A DNA stretch of 64,000 bases from positions 20,771,619 to 20,835,618 of the forward strand of contig OZ316892.1 in assembly GCA_973895155.1 (NCBI GenBank), written 5' to 3'. Positions 25,597 through 36,475 of the stretch are shown here, one piece after another; position 1 is the first letter of the stretch, and the number at the start of each line of letters is the position of its first letter. The position numbers and the translations under genes were made by a program. The notes beneath the pieces are model-generated. The model saw only the letters and a program-made list of their open reading frames with translations, was not told the DNA's origin and did not search any database. The stretch is from Marsupella aquatica. Its lineage: Eukaryota; Plantae; Marchantiophyta.

Positions 25597-26969
25597 CTAA
25601 TCAACCCAAAGGCATCCACCAGGCTGTCGATTGAAGTTCAGTGTACGAGCCATGACCCCAGCTTGTAAAATTCTACCAGCAGCTCTGGCAGCCCTGTTAT
25701 GAGCAAAGTCTTGAGGCCCATTGCTGTGTATTCCCGTATTCTCATCCTCAGCAGGGCCAGGGGGCCAATCACACATATCTTGCTCAGTCCACTCATCACA
25801 TTGTCCCAAGACATAGTTGTGCAACAGAGCACATACTCTAATCCAACGGCACATCCAAACATTGTCCTTCTTCTCATTCAGCTGAGTTTGGATCTCTTTT
25901 AATGAAAACCAACGTGATTTAAAAACCCCAATGCAATGTTCATTCACGTACCTAGTCTTGGCAATGCAGGTGTTGAAGTCCTCTTTATCCTTGTGACCAA
26001 AAGTGTTCTTGTATGATGCAACCATATGGGGAGCATTCACATATCCTGAATCCCCAATAACATACTGTCCTTCATCAAAAGCTGAGTTGCCATGTATCTT
26101 ATCCCAAAGAATGCATCTCTTTAGGCAGGTGAGATCGGAACATGAGCCGGGCGATCCTATATAAAAACGCGGTCATAAATCAGGACATTGTTGGGCATGT
26201 TTTGTTGTTACATGGAGATGAGATAATACATATTAGACAAGTGACAAAATATAAAGTAACACTACTCACCAGCATTTACAAAAATAATCTGCCTCCTATG
26301 GTCGCATACAACCTGGGCGTTGATGGAATAGCGGGACTTTCATTTGAAGTAACATTCCCCATGGTTCTTGGGACGCTGTGTCAATGGAATTGTGGTCCCA
26401 TCGATCAATCCTATGCAGCCATCAAAGCCACGCTTGGCAAATTCCTGAGAAATCCCCATTCTCTCCTCTCTGTTTGGCCATGCCACTAAATCACCAATAA
26501 CAGATTCTAGGGCAGTGACACATCTTGTGGTGTAATTCACACATGATCCGACGCTCACACCCCCCAGCAACAGAGTTCATTTCAAACAAACTCCATTCCC
26601 TGTGTGGCCCAACCTGTCTAAGCAAGTTGCTAATTGAAGAGAGAGAGGGGCCTGTTCATGACATGAATTGTTCAAAAATATAGGATGCAATTCAATGAGG
26701 TGAAGCAAGGCAAAGAATGCTTCTTTTTCCATCCTGCAAATTTGCCTAAAGTCGCCAGGAGGCAAAATAGTCCTAAAAAAGGTGTCTGCAAATTCTTTAG
26801 CTCGAGTTGTTCTTGTTCTATTCTCATAATACCTTTGACTGTCCAAACAAGCATACAAGTGAAACCACATTGCCGGATTTGCATGGACATCACTAGGATC
26901 ATCAACAAATCCAGACTCTGAATCAGATGATGACCCACACTCAGAATCACTATCAATATTTGTCGACAT
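25597..26969 (-). pseudogene. PIF/Harbinger DDE transposase (DDE_Tnp_4/HARBI1-like) with two in-frame stops
   Basis: FRQICRMEKEAF, CIGLIDGTTIPL, YSINAQVVCD, intron 26157-26269, GSPGSCSD, VIGDSGY, FNTCIAKTRYVNEHCIGVFKSRW, CALLHN. TGA stops at 26577-26579 and 26340-26342. Confidence 0.92.
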
Positions 26970-28247
26970 GAACTGTCACCTGCTTATCAAATGATTTACA
27001 CGACCAATACGTATTTACTCCTACTAAAATCGTTTGTTATCGTATGACGGGAACGTGGAGGGACGCTATTAGGATTCTATTGCACGTAGGATGAGTATGT
27101 TTATTTCTGCTCCCGGAAATGTAATTTTTGATCAAGTCTACCGACTAGCCGCTCTGCTTTTGATCAAGTCCCATGGACTACGCCACACACACACTCCTAC
27201 TGGTCGTCGGTGGAGTGCTGTCACCACCCCTCCCTACTCACATGGTTGACCAAACCGTGCAAGGATTCCTTAGACGTTTCTTGGGGAAAGAACACAACCG
27301 TGAACCAGAAAAGGTAACACCACACCAAAACTTGAGGAATCAAACCAAATCCATATCTTTTGGCAAAACGTCGTAACACATTGCAAGGACAACCCGGCCT
27401 CCTGCCGTCTGCCCAACTACTGCCTCACTGGGGCAAGTGCTACACCTCTACCTCACTACTTTGGCTTGAGTCCCTTTTCTGGCTATGAGCTAACTTCCCT
27501 AAGCAAACACTAGACTGAGTTCCCCCCCACTACTCCGGGGCTCTCCCCCTAAATACTGAAAAAACACACCAAAGCACCCCTCACGGGATCACCATGATGG
27601 CGGCCACCCTAGCGGCGCCGCTAAACCCTTTACTAAGAAACCCCTAAACTAAAACCATGCGGCACACACATGCTTCTAAAACCCTAAACCCTAAAACTAA
27701 CAATGGGGCCGACGGTGCCTTCGACGACCCCCCAACATTACTCCGTGAACCGTGAAATTGCAAGGAACCCCACAATGGCCGAAACTAGGCGCCCCTCCAC
27801 TTGCACTTCTGAGTTCACCCCTGGATAGCTCTCCTCCTCCTGAACATGAAGCACTCAACCGCTCTTGAAACGAACATCGGACGACCAAGTTATGGCCGTT
27901 TCCGTATCCCGTAAACACAACTTCGTCGGGCCATAACCTGCTCATCCTGGCTCCGTTTGAGGAGCGCCGCCCCTTGTTGGAATCAGCTCCGTGAGCTCTT
28001 TCCAACAAGCCCATGAGTGACCCCTCACAAAAAAGTTGGAAAGTCAAGGGGCCGTACAACCACGTTAGTACGACCACTCTAATCCTCCTCCTCTTCACTC
28101 ACAGTGCCCTGGCTTGAGCCCCGTGAGTGGGCCTCCTCATCACTCTCCACTGGAGTGAGTGCCACTTCACTCCTCTTCTTCTTTACCGGGGTACTCCTTG
28201 TGCTAGTGCTCCCCTGCTTTCTCAAATTGGCCAAGGCCTGCCACGCC

Positions 28248-29957
28248 TTAAGTAATGTACCCTTCACCAATGGTGTCCTTCCATAAGGCCGCCTCTTCAC
28301 CGGACCGCAACTCCAACGGTAAAACCTGCCCGGTGGCCATGGGAATCCCAGGGGTGATAGATCGGGGTGGCATCCCCGGGGTCCCCGTGTTGACCTGAGC
28401 TTCTCGTAAAGATTTACGTACCTCCCTGAGCTTCTTCTCTAAGCTCTTGCTCTTCTCTTGACTCTTCTTGGCTGCATCCAACAGGGGTCCATACTCCCCA
28501 CTGACTTCCTTCACCACCATCTCAATGGCCTTGGAGATCAAATCCGGGGAAAGTGTGGAGCTAGATGTGCAGGGGCTCTTCCGTTTCCCCAGACTCAAGG
28601 CCTCACTCCTCTTAGCCCTTGTCTCAAAAATCACCATTTGACTCCGTAGTGCCCCCACCTGGGCTCTTAACTCCACCACTTCTCCAGAATTCTGCTTCTC
28701 TTTGGCCAATGCCTGTTTCAATACTCCAACCTCTTCCGCTTCCTTGGCCTTGGTGGACAAGGCTCCCTTCAAGTTGGAGATCTCTACGTGAGCTGCTTGG
28801 AGAAGCTTAACCTTCTCATGAATGGCCTCCTCCTTGGCCTTGATCACCTCCTTCATAGACAGGGCACTCTGCTCCAAAGTCTCTACTCTGGCGGTGGCCT
28901 GCTTGAGAGAATCTCTCAATGCGTGGACTAGCTTGAGTCCCTCATGGACTCCCTCCCGGAAATCCCGTAACTCCACCAAGTAGACATCAGGAATGTCGTA
29001 GACCAGGGGCTCCTCCGAATTTCCCACAAGTGATTCAAGCCACTCCAATGTGGAGTCCTCATCCTGGTTTTCTTCCTCTCTATTATCATCCCCAACCGCC
29101 GACGATGATCCCTCCGTTAGTTTCCCCAAGATGGTAGTGGCAATACTCCTGATTTCCGTGGTAAGGGATGATCCAGTGTCTTCCTGTCCCGGGGAAACAA
29201 TCCACCCTTCTGCTCTGGCTAGCAAAAATGACCCCATCAAATGTACAGCCCCACCTAGTTTCACACTCCCGGGATCGGCGTCCAATAGCTTCTTCAACCC
29301 GTAGTACCACCATCCGTACACATGGGCTGGATAGTTCTTGATGTCCATAGCTACTACGAAATGCTCTCCATTCACCACCCCAGATTGCACGTTACCAAGG
29401 ACCCGTTGATGAACCTTGGCCAGAAATCCCTTGTGCTCAGCATCCTTGACAGCGGAAAGAGGAATGGAAGTAGTGGAGGTGGGATTAATCACCCAACCGG
29501 CCACCATTGTCAACGTGAGCTCTCCCCTTATGTTCCGAGGTGTGAATGAGAATTGTTGGTTCTCCAGGAACAGAAGCTTAGCTAACTTCACATGGGGCAC
29601 TACCCATTGGAGACATTCAAAGTAGATTCCTTCCGTACTTAACTCCATCCCAGCCTCAATGTTCCAACTCTTGTCCGAAGGGATTCTAATCTCTACTCTC
29701 ATGAAGTCGGTGAGCCCGGTGGCCTGGAACATAGCTTTGCAATCTTCCATCACCTTGGCAGAGGTCTTGGGGTAAATTCGACGGAAAACCTTCCTCATAA
29801 CCGATGCGGGACTTGTTGCGGGTCCAGTGCTCATTGTAGCTTCTCTCTCTTCTCTCTCTCTTGCAATCAATGTCTCAACGTAGTCATGGTAAGCAGCCTT
29901 GTATCTCCGAATGCGTGCCGCACTAAACTCCGGTTGATCCAGCATCCATGCCTCCAA
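28248..29957 (-). CDS. Intronless 569-aa hypothetical protein with acidic linker and long coiled coil; probably a TE accessory ORF
   Basis: Open for 1.7 kb. Globular N-terminal half, acidic DDNREEENQDED linker, heptad-rich C-terminal half. Flanked by GC-rich non-coding DNA and AAACCCT motifs. No catalytic motif recognised. Confidence 0.6.
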   Translation of the reverse strand: MEAWMLDQPEFSAARIRRYKAAYHDYVETLIAREREEREATMSTGPATSPASVMRKVFRRIYPKTSAKVMEDCKAMFQATGLTDFMRVEIRIPSDKSWNIEAGMELSTEGIYFECLQWVVPHVKLAKLLFLENQQFSFTPRNIRGELTLTMVAGWVINPTSTTSIPLSAVKDAEHKGFLAKVHQRVLGNVQSGVVNGEHFVVAMDIKNYPAHVYGWWYYGLKKLLDADPGSVKLGGAVHLMGSFLLARAEGWIVSPGQEDTGSSLTTEIRSIATTILGKLTEGSSSAVGDDNREEENQDEDSTLEWLESLVGNSEEPLVYDIPDVYLVELRDFREGVHEGLKLVHALRDSLKQATARVETLEQSALSMKEVIKAKEEAIHEKVKLLQAAHVEISNLKGALSTKAKEAEEVGVLKQALAKEKQNSGEVVELRAQVGALRSQMVIFETRAKRSEALSLGKRKSPCTSSSTLSPDLISKAIEMVVKEVSGEYGPLLDAAKKSQEKSKSLEKKLREVRKSLREAQVNTGTPGMPPRSITPGIPMATGQVLPLELRSGEEAALWKDTIGEGYIT

Positions 29958-31793
29958 AAATCAAATCCTCAATCACCAAATCCCGTCACCCGTAGCAATG
30001 TCAATTCCCTGGCCCGAAACGGCCCCCGTATCCCGATCAATCAATTACTCTCAATTCCCTCAGAAGCCACTCCGTGCTGCTGCCGCTAATGCTCGGAAGA
30101 ATCACGCCACCAAGCCCCACCAATCTACCATGAGAGAGAGAGCTTCAAAAATAATTAGAATGTGGAGAGAGCTTGGCAATGAGAGGACTTGCTTTCGGCA
30201 GAGTAAGAAGTCGCAAAGAGAAGGGAGGGAGAGAAAAAAATGAATACAAAGGAAAGGGAAGTAAACCCCTTTCTTCACCCTCCTCATCAAGTTTTTCTCC
30301 CGGCTCCCCTCACGCCATGCGCCCCGGCTCGCGGCCCTATAAAGGGCTCGCGTATGCCGACACGCGGCCCTCCTTACCAATCGTCCCCGCACCTCGCTGC
30401 AGGCGCCCAGTCCTCCAAGGCCGGGGGAATTTAATCCCCCCCTCCCCACTCGCAGCCCCTCATGCGGGCCCTTCCCACGGGAGCTTAATTGCTCCCCCCC
30501 ACTCCGCAATCTTCTCCTCCCAGCGCTGGCTGTGCCCCGGCTCGCCTCTCGCCCTAGCTCACCCCTCGCCCCGGCTTGACTCACCTGGGCTCGCCCACTC
30601 GTGGGCTCCTCCTGGCTCCGGCACCCCGCCCGGTTCCTCCCGACTCCCCACAAGCCATGCGCCCCGCGCCCTCTGGCTCGTGGTGCTGCTGGTGGGCTCG
30701 CGGCCCTCTCCTTCGTTCACTTGCGGGGTCCCTTTTAAGAGGGCTCTTTTTTTTGGGGGGGGGGGGGGGGTTTAACCCCTCCCCGTTTTTCCCTTTTTTA
30801 ACCCCCTTTTTGCGCGCTGCCCTACGCCTCCCTTTGCGCTCCCCGGCAGTCTCCCTGGCAGTCTCACTGGCCACGGTGCTCGCGCCTTGCCAGGCCCAGC
30901 ATGCCTCCCTATGCAAGGGGGCTTGCCACCCTTTGCGCCCCCCGACTACCTGCTTGCCCCGGCTGCCGTTTTGCCTCGCCCCGGCTACGTCCTTATGGCC
31001 TCCCTCAACTTATGCTCCCGGTCTTAGCTTGGGAGAATCCAAGTGGCATCATTTAGGGCTGCTCCTTATGCCCCCCCAAACCTTGTTATTTACCAGGGGT
31101 TTCCCTCTCTTGGTTTGTTTTAAACCTCTCAACTCTAAAAATTAGCACTCTTCCACCTAGACCTGGCTATTGGGGTCTCAAGAAAATACAAGGAAATAAT
31201 GGCCTAAGGGAAATGGGGTGTCCAATTAGACCGGCCCTAGTTTAAAGGTCCCAACATGCTTGCTTGGCGGGGAGCCTTAGGCATCCGATAATGATGGACC
31301 TAACTAAAAAAACAAGAAAAAGGCTTATTTACAATGGTTATTTACATGACACAACCTAGTGAACAATTATTGAGGATTTTCAGTGACGGGGACCCTGTCA
31401 CATGAACCCACTGCTCTGAGAGGACTGATCTGAAGAGCCACTCATGCCATCATCATCACTTGAGGTTTCCATCAGAACACTCAAAAATACAGATGCTCAC
31501 GAACCCATTTCAAGCATTGTTGGAAATTGGAGACCTTTGGCATAATTTAGAATGGCTCCTTCACCCTGTCACACAACAACACATACATGGGAAATGGATT
31601 CAAGCAAACGACAACATCCTGGCCAGCAATGTGCAAAATGCCAAGGCAGGCTTTCAATTTATAGTAGGCATATGAATTACACAATGAATCCAACAGGGCG
31701 ATACACAGTACATTTAAAGCCCTAATTGCCCACCTTTGAAAGGTTTGGGCTACATAACAAGCCATAAACCCTACCTCCCTGCCCTCATTAAAA

Positions 31794-32723
31794 TCACTCA
31801 CTGTCACTTAAATCAGTGCTCCTAATGGCCCTACAAAGATCTTCAAATAGTTTCTTGGGACTCCCCTGTTTCTCGCCCTGTTTATGTGTGCTAGATCTGG
31901 CTGGTGTGTGGTAAGGTGTAGATTTATGTGGAGTACACATAGATCTGCCTGGTGTGGGGTATAAACTGCTACTACCGACAGCTTCAGGAGTCCGGCAAGC
32001 CCTTCTGGCTATAGGTAGAGGGATGTGTGGGTTGTCCAACAATGTTAATTTATGAACTATCACGTCCTGATCTGTTGTTCTGAGGACGACCTCTGCTCGT
32101 GGAGTGCCCTCCATCAGCGCTTGCATATACCCGATTTGCTGAATTTTGGTCCATGCACTAAATTCCTCAGCTGAGCATCAAAGTAGTACAGAAGCCATGT
32201 CCCACAAATTGACATGGAGAGGATGCGTTTCTCCGTGAATAGCATCAAAAATAATGACCCTAAATCGAAACTTCCACACAGGAGCTTCGTCATGTTTGGG
32301 ACATGGGCCAAACTCAAGTGACTTAGAACAAATTCGACCACTAGGTAGTCTCTCAGAGCAGGCTTGATAGACAAATTTTTGAGGATAGGGATTAGGCGCA
32401 ATGTAGTTGGCTATCCACACTAATGCTGCTCGAAATGTCATCATGATGCCTCTGCCCCTACTATCGTCCACTTCAGATAGGATGTCCACTGTGCCATCTC
32501 TTCCTGTGGCAAAGAAAAATATATACTCAGGCACAGAATATTTTCATGCTTGGTACTTCAAGAGTGGACAACAGAGCATGCATGTCACGAGTCAAGCAAA
32601 CTTACTCACGACTGTTGATTGAAGCTTGCGTCTCGTTGGCGTCCCGTCAATGATAAGCTCGCGCGCATTGGCGTCCCGTCTGAATGCTGTTGAAGCTAAA
32701 CTCTCCGTCGACATTCCAACCAT
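31794..32723 (-). pseudogene. RPA1 C-terminal-like OB-fold/zinc-finger gene (Helitron-type) with one premature stop
   Basis: YQACSE...ICSKSLEFGPCPKH...WKFRFRVIIFD...VNLWDMASVLL*CSAEEF. ORFs 32178-32534 and 31794-32126 are in the same frame, separated by one TGA. An upstream exon MVGMSTES... can join via a GTAAGT...CACAG intron. Confidence 0.6.
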
Positions 32724-32739
32724 TACACACCCGTGATCC

Positions 32740-33115
32740 CCCCTGCATGCTTGGCACTGAGAAAACACCCAAGTGAAGTCCTCCACACCCCACTTCTGTT
32801 GTGAGAGCTGCTTGATCTCATGTTGGAGGGGGTGATCCCCTTTGGCCAATGCTCAAAGAATGAAATTCCCAGCCAATGCCCTGAATTGGGCAGCAAGTGA
32901 GATTAGCCCAAGCCCCCCAAACTTCTTGGGTCTTGTTGTAAAATCCACCAGGGATCTAGCCTTCGTGTTCTGCCCTACCCACAAAAAAGAGGTGATTTTC
33001 TTTTGGAGGGCGTCCAAAGTGCTCTGCTGTCCAGCCCACAAAGTTAACATGATCCACTATGTGCTCATGATCAAGTGGTTATATAGCAATCGTGACCCCT
33101 GCAATAAGCGAACCA
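32740..33115 (-). mobile_element. LINE (L1-like) ORF2 fragment
   Basis: LQKKITSFLWVGQ...RPKKFGGLGLISL matches the FLW...PKxxGGLG region downstream of the plant L1 RT domain. Confidence 0.75.
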
Positions 33116-33260
33116 GAGCTCTTGCGGACACTGTCTAACCGGGACTCAAGCTTCTCAGAACGGGATACTACCATTTGTTTTTCTGAGATGCACTGAGCAA
33201 TCGGGATGCCCAGGAGTTTTCATCTTCCCAATTCCAATCTTCCCAATTCCAAGGCAGACG

Positions 33261-33760
33261 ACTGAACTCAATTGGCCTGGGCGGTCATTTTGAAAGGATT
33301 TAAAATGAGGACTTTCGGTTCTTTCCCAAAAATGGACGGTCATTGTAAAAGGATTTAAACTCAGGACTGTCGGTTCTTTCCCAAAAATGGACAAGGTGCG
33401 ACTGGTGGGCAAGGAGTTTTCTCCCAACAGTAGTTTGGGTGCTCATAATCGGGCTCATAATCATCTGGCGTTAGCACGTCTGGTGTCGAGCTTCAGTCAT
33501 CCCCCAGCGCTCATCTTGAAGACATTCGCCTCGTGTAATGCCTGGATCGTTTTGATTTTTGCTACGACGCACTTGACTATGGTTTCTGCTCCAGGCAACT
33601 TCAGCGCGCCAAGCTCATCAAACAACTGTTGATCGAATGTGATTTGCCTGGGCAGCAGAGATCGCATACTACTATGAGCCCGTCCGAGTGTTTGATCTAT
33701 CTATTCGACAGTCAGCGTCGTTCAACACCAGCTTCACAGTAGACAAAGTCCAAGGATTCA
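33261..33760 (+). repeat. Partial duplicate of the 5' end of the lectin receptor kinase pseudogene
   Basis: Aligns with ~34335-34830 (gggcggtcattttgaa..ccaaaatggacaag..ctccaggcaacttcagc..ctatgagcc..gacagtcagcgtc), with an internal deletion. Confidence 0.85.
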
Positions 33761-34449
33761 AAGCGTCAATCATGTAGCACATACGTTTCTCAATCTTCTA
33801 GCATATACGTTGCTCGATCCTATAGCATAATTATACGTTGCTTGAAAATGCCCAAATTGTTTGAAATGCATGGATGGCTGGGGCTCATTTTGGCTTTCAA
33901 AACCATCGATATAAAACCCTGTTTCCACCCGAACTACAGCCATCGTGGCAGTACAGCACAAAAACAACGGAGTCAGATTAGATTTTGCATCTCAACGGGG
34001 TGGCCAGCCGGTGAGTTCCTCGCAGATCAGGACTGGACGTAAAAGTACCATCGGGTGCACCTCGATGCGCAGCGGGTGAGTTACTCGCAGGGACTAGACA
34101 CAATGGTACGCGCGCGTCAAGCTTTCCAAGGTACGGAATTTCTGGAAGATTAATTTGAGTAAACATTAAGGCATTTTCATGGTGGGATGATGTCCGAGTC
34201 CGCCCCCGGAAAGAATTGACCCGGCGAAATTAAAGTTTCAATCGCTTGATTGTTTGACTCGCGCCTATGGCTATTCCATTTCTGGGCTTGTCCACGGAGA
34301 AGCTACAATGAAGGCTTAGTAAGACTCATGACCGAGCTGGACACTGGGCGGTCATTTTGAAAGATTTGAGAAGTCTGTCGGTTTCCCAAAATGGACAAGA
34401 TGCGACTGGTGGGCAAAGAATTTTCTCTCTACAGTAGTTTGGGTGCTCA

Positions 34450-36475
34450 TAATGCATCCAACGGTCGCACGTCAGAATTACAAGCTTCACTAATCTTAAA
34501 TTTCTCATCTTGAAGACATGCGCCTCGGATAATGCTTGGATCGTTTTGATTTTTGCTACAATGCACTTGACTACGGTTTCTGCTCCAGGCAACTTCAGCG
34601 TGCCAAGCTCATCATATATACAACTGTTCAATGGATGTGATCTGCCTGGGCCAAACTTACGTATACCCCGAGGATAATTATTGATAGAGCGCGCATGGAA
34701 GGTTGTCTCGTACACAGGAAGCATTACCTGGGCAGCAGGGATCTCATACTGCTATGAGCCAGTCCGATTGTTTAATCCTTCTACTGGACAGTCAGCGTCT
34801 TTCAGAACCAGCTCCACAGTAGACAAAATACAAGGAAACAACTCCGCCGGAGTTACTACGACTGTTGATGGGATGACCTTCCTGATCAGTGCTAATAACA
34901 CGAAGCGTGGCGACCCGGGAGAATTCTTGGGGCTGTCCTAATGTTCCAGGCACCACGCCTTACAAATCCATCGCTTTCGAATTTGATACTTCCCGCAATG
35001 AGGACACCAATGTACATGACTTTAGTGACAACCATGTGAGCTTGGACTTTGCCAGCATTTCCTTTGCGGCTGCTGCAAATGCTTCTGACGTACAGGTAAA
35101 TATATTGGGGAGATCTGTTGATGTAAACATCGATCTGGGTTTGTTTCTCGAGTTCATGTGGACTTGCTTCCAGGAAGTTCTACATCGGAAGTTGGACCTT
35201 TGAATCTTACGGATTCAACTTCCAGCAACCTCGCTTGCAACAGGAGGGGGGTCGATCGGTAGGGTCGATCTAAATCAAGTGGAAGTCACTGGGCCTCATT
35301 GTGGCTGTCACTGTTGGAATACCTAGTTTTCTCCTCGTTTCTATTGTCCTTGCTCTCTTTGCATACCGGCGATGGACTCGAGGTAGACAATACCAGCGAG
35401 GGACTTGATCCAATACTAGGAATTCAGTCATGATGCAAATAGAGGGCGTGCCTGAAATATGCAGCTACAAGCAGTTCAGTGTTGCCACCAACAATTTCAG
35501 CGAGGAGTCAAAATTAGGGCAAGGAGGGTGTGGGCGTGTGTATTATGGGGTGTTGCAGTACTCTGGGATTTGAGCGGCAGTGAAGCAAATCAAGGCCGAC
35601 TCCTCCAGGGGCGAGAAGGAGTTCATGGCAAAGGTGTCTATAATTAGTCAACTAAGGCATAGGAGTCTGATCCAGCTCATAGCTTGGTGTAAATGCATGC
35701 GTCGAGAGGCAAATAGTTGCTTGTGTATGACCTTATGCCAAATGGAAGTTTGGATAAGGTGTTGTTTGATTCAGCTGCCAATCACTCGGTTTGCTTGTCT
35801 TGGGAGCAACGTTTCAACATAGTGGCCGGCACTGCTGCTGCTTTAAACTACTTACACTGCACCAAGGATGGAAGAGAAAGGTGATCCACAGAGACGTCTC
35901 AATCTAATGTGAGAAACGGATCAGATTTAATGGTAACATCTCGATCGGCAAAAAGATGAGTGTAAGGGCAGCAGACACAACTTTGGTTGCTGGAACCTAT
36001 GGTTCCATGGCTCCAGAAGTAGCCGCTTCTGCAAAATTTACAGACAAATCCGATGTGTTTGCTTTTGGTGCTGAGGGTTTAGAGGTAGCATGTAAACGGA
36101 GAGCTTTGGCTGCAGACCCCCAGAAGATGAAGCGATACTGGTGGATTGGGTATGGCTAAAACTTAGGGAGTGTGGCCTCACGAGTACAGTTGATAAACGA
36201 CTCGAAAACTATGATCCTGAATGGATGGAAGTGAATGATGTTGATTATTGGGCTACTCTGTTCTCATCCTAATACTTTGGAACGATCATCTATGGGGCCG
36301 ATTGTCCAGGTGTTAGCTGGGAATGTTCCTGTCCGGTCAATCCCACTCTTTAAGCCAAAATAATAGCTTTCGTTGTAGGAACAGACCGTGAGAGGGGCTT
36401 ACTAGAAGACATATTAAATGGTTCAAAGTCTGGGAGCATCTCTAAATCTAGTCATATCTACATCAACATCTAGAC
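34450..36475 (+). pseudogene. L-type (legume) lectin receptor-like kinase pseudogene
   Basis: Lectin motifs YEPVRLFN..SASF, DGMTF, IAFEFDT..D.SDNHV. TM segment GLIVAVTVGIPSFLLVSIVLAL. Kinase motifs ATNNFSEESKLGQGG, KEFMAKVSIISQLRH, VIHRDV, AGTYGSMAPE, TDKSDVFAFG, GLLCSHP. Many stops and frameshifts; the DFG region is deleted. Confidence 0.9.

Larger units (their letters stand above)
22030..27160. mobile_element. PIF/Harbinger DNA transposon, inactive; termini not resolved
   Basis: A DNA-binding-type gene (+) and a DDE transposase (-) in convergent orientation, the canonical two-gene Harbinger content. Boundaries are approximate and no TIR pair was found. Confidence 0.8.

Noticed and set aside
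26340-26579. TGA readthrough or alternative genetic code in the transposase
   Set aside because: The intact NPF gene terminates at TGA and the partner gene is frameshifted, so pseudogenisation is the simpler explanation.
27620-27700. Interstitial telomere array
   Set aside because: Only 2-3 imperfect AAACCCT units; better seen as telo-box-like motifs.
30102-31145. Overlapping 110-200 aa ORFs on both strands
   Set aside because: Artefact of very GC-rich, stop-poor sequence.
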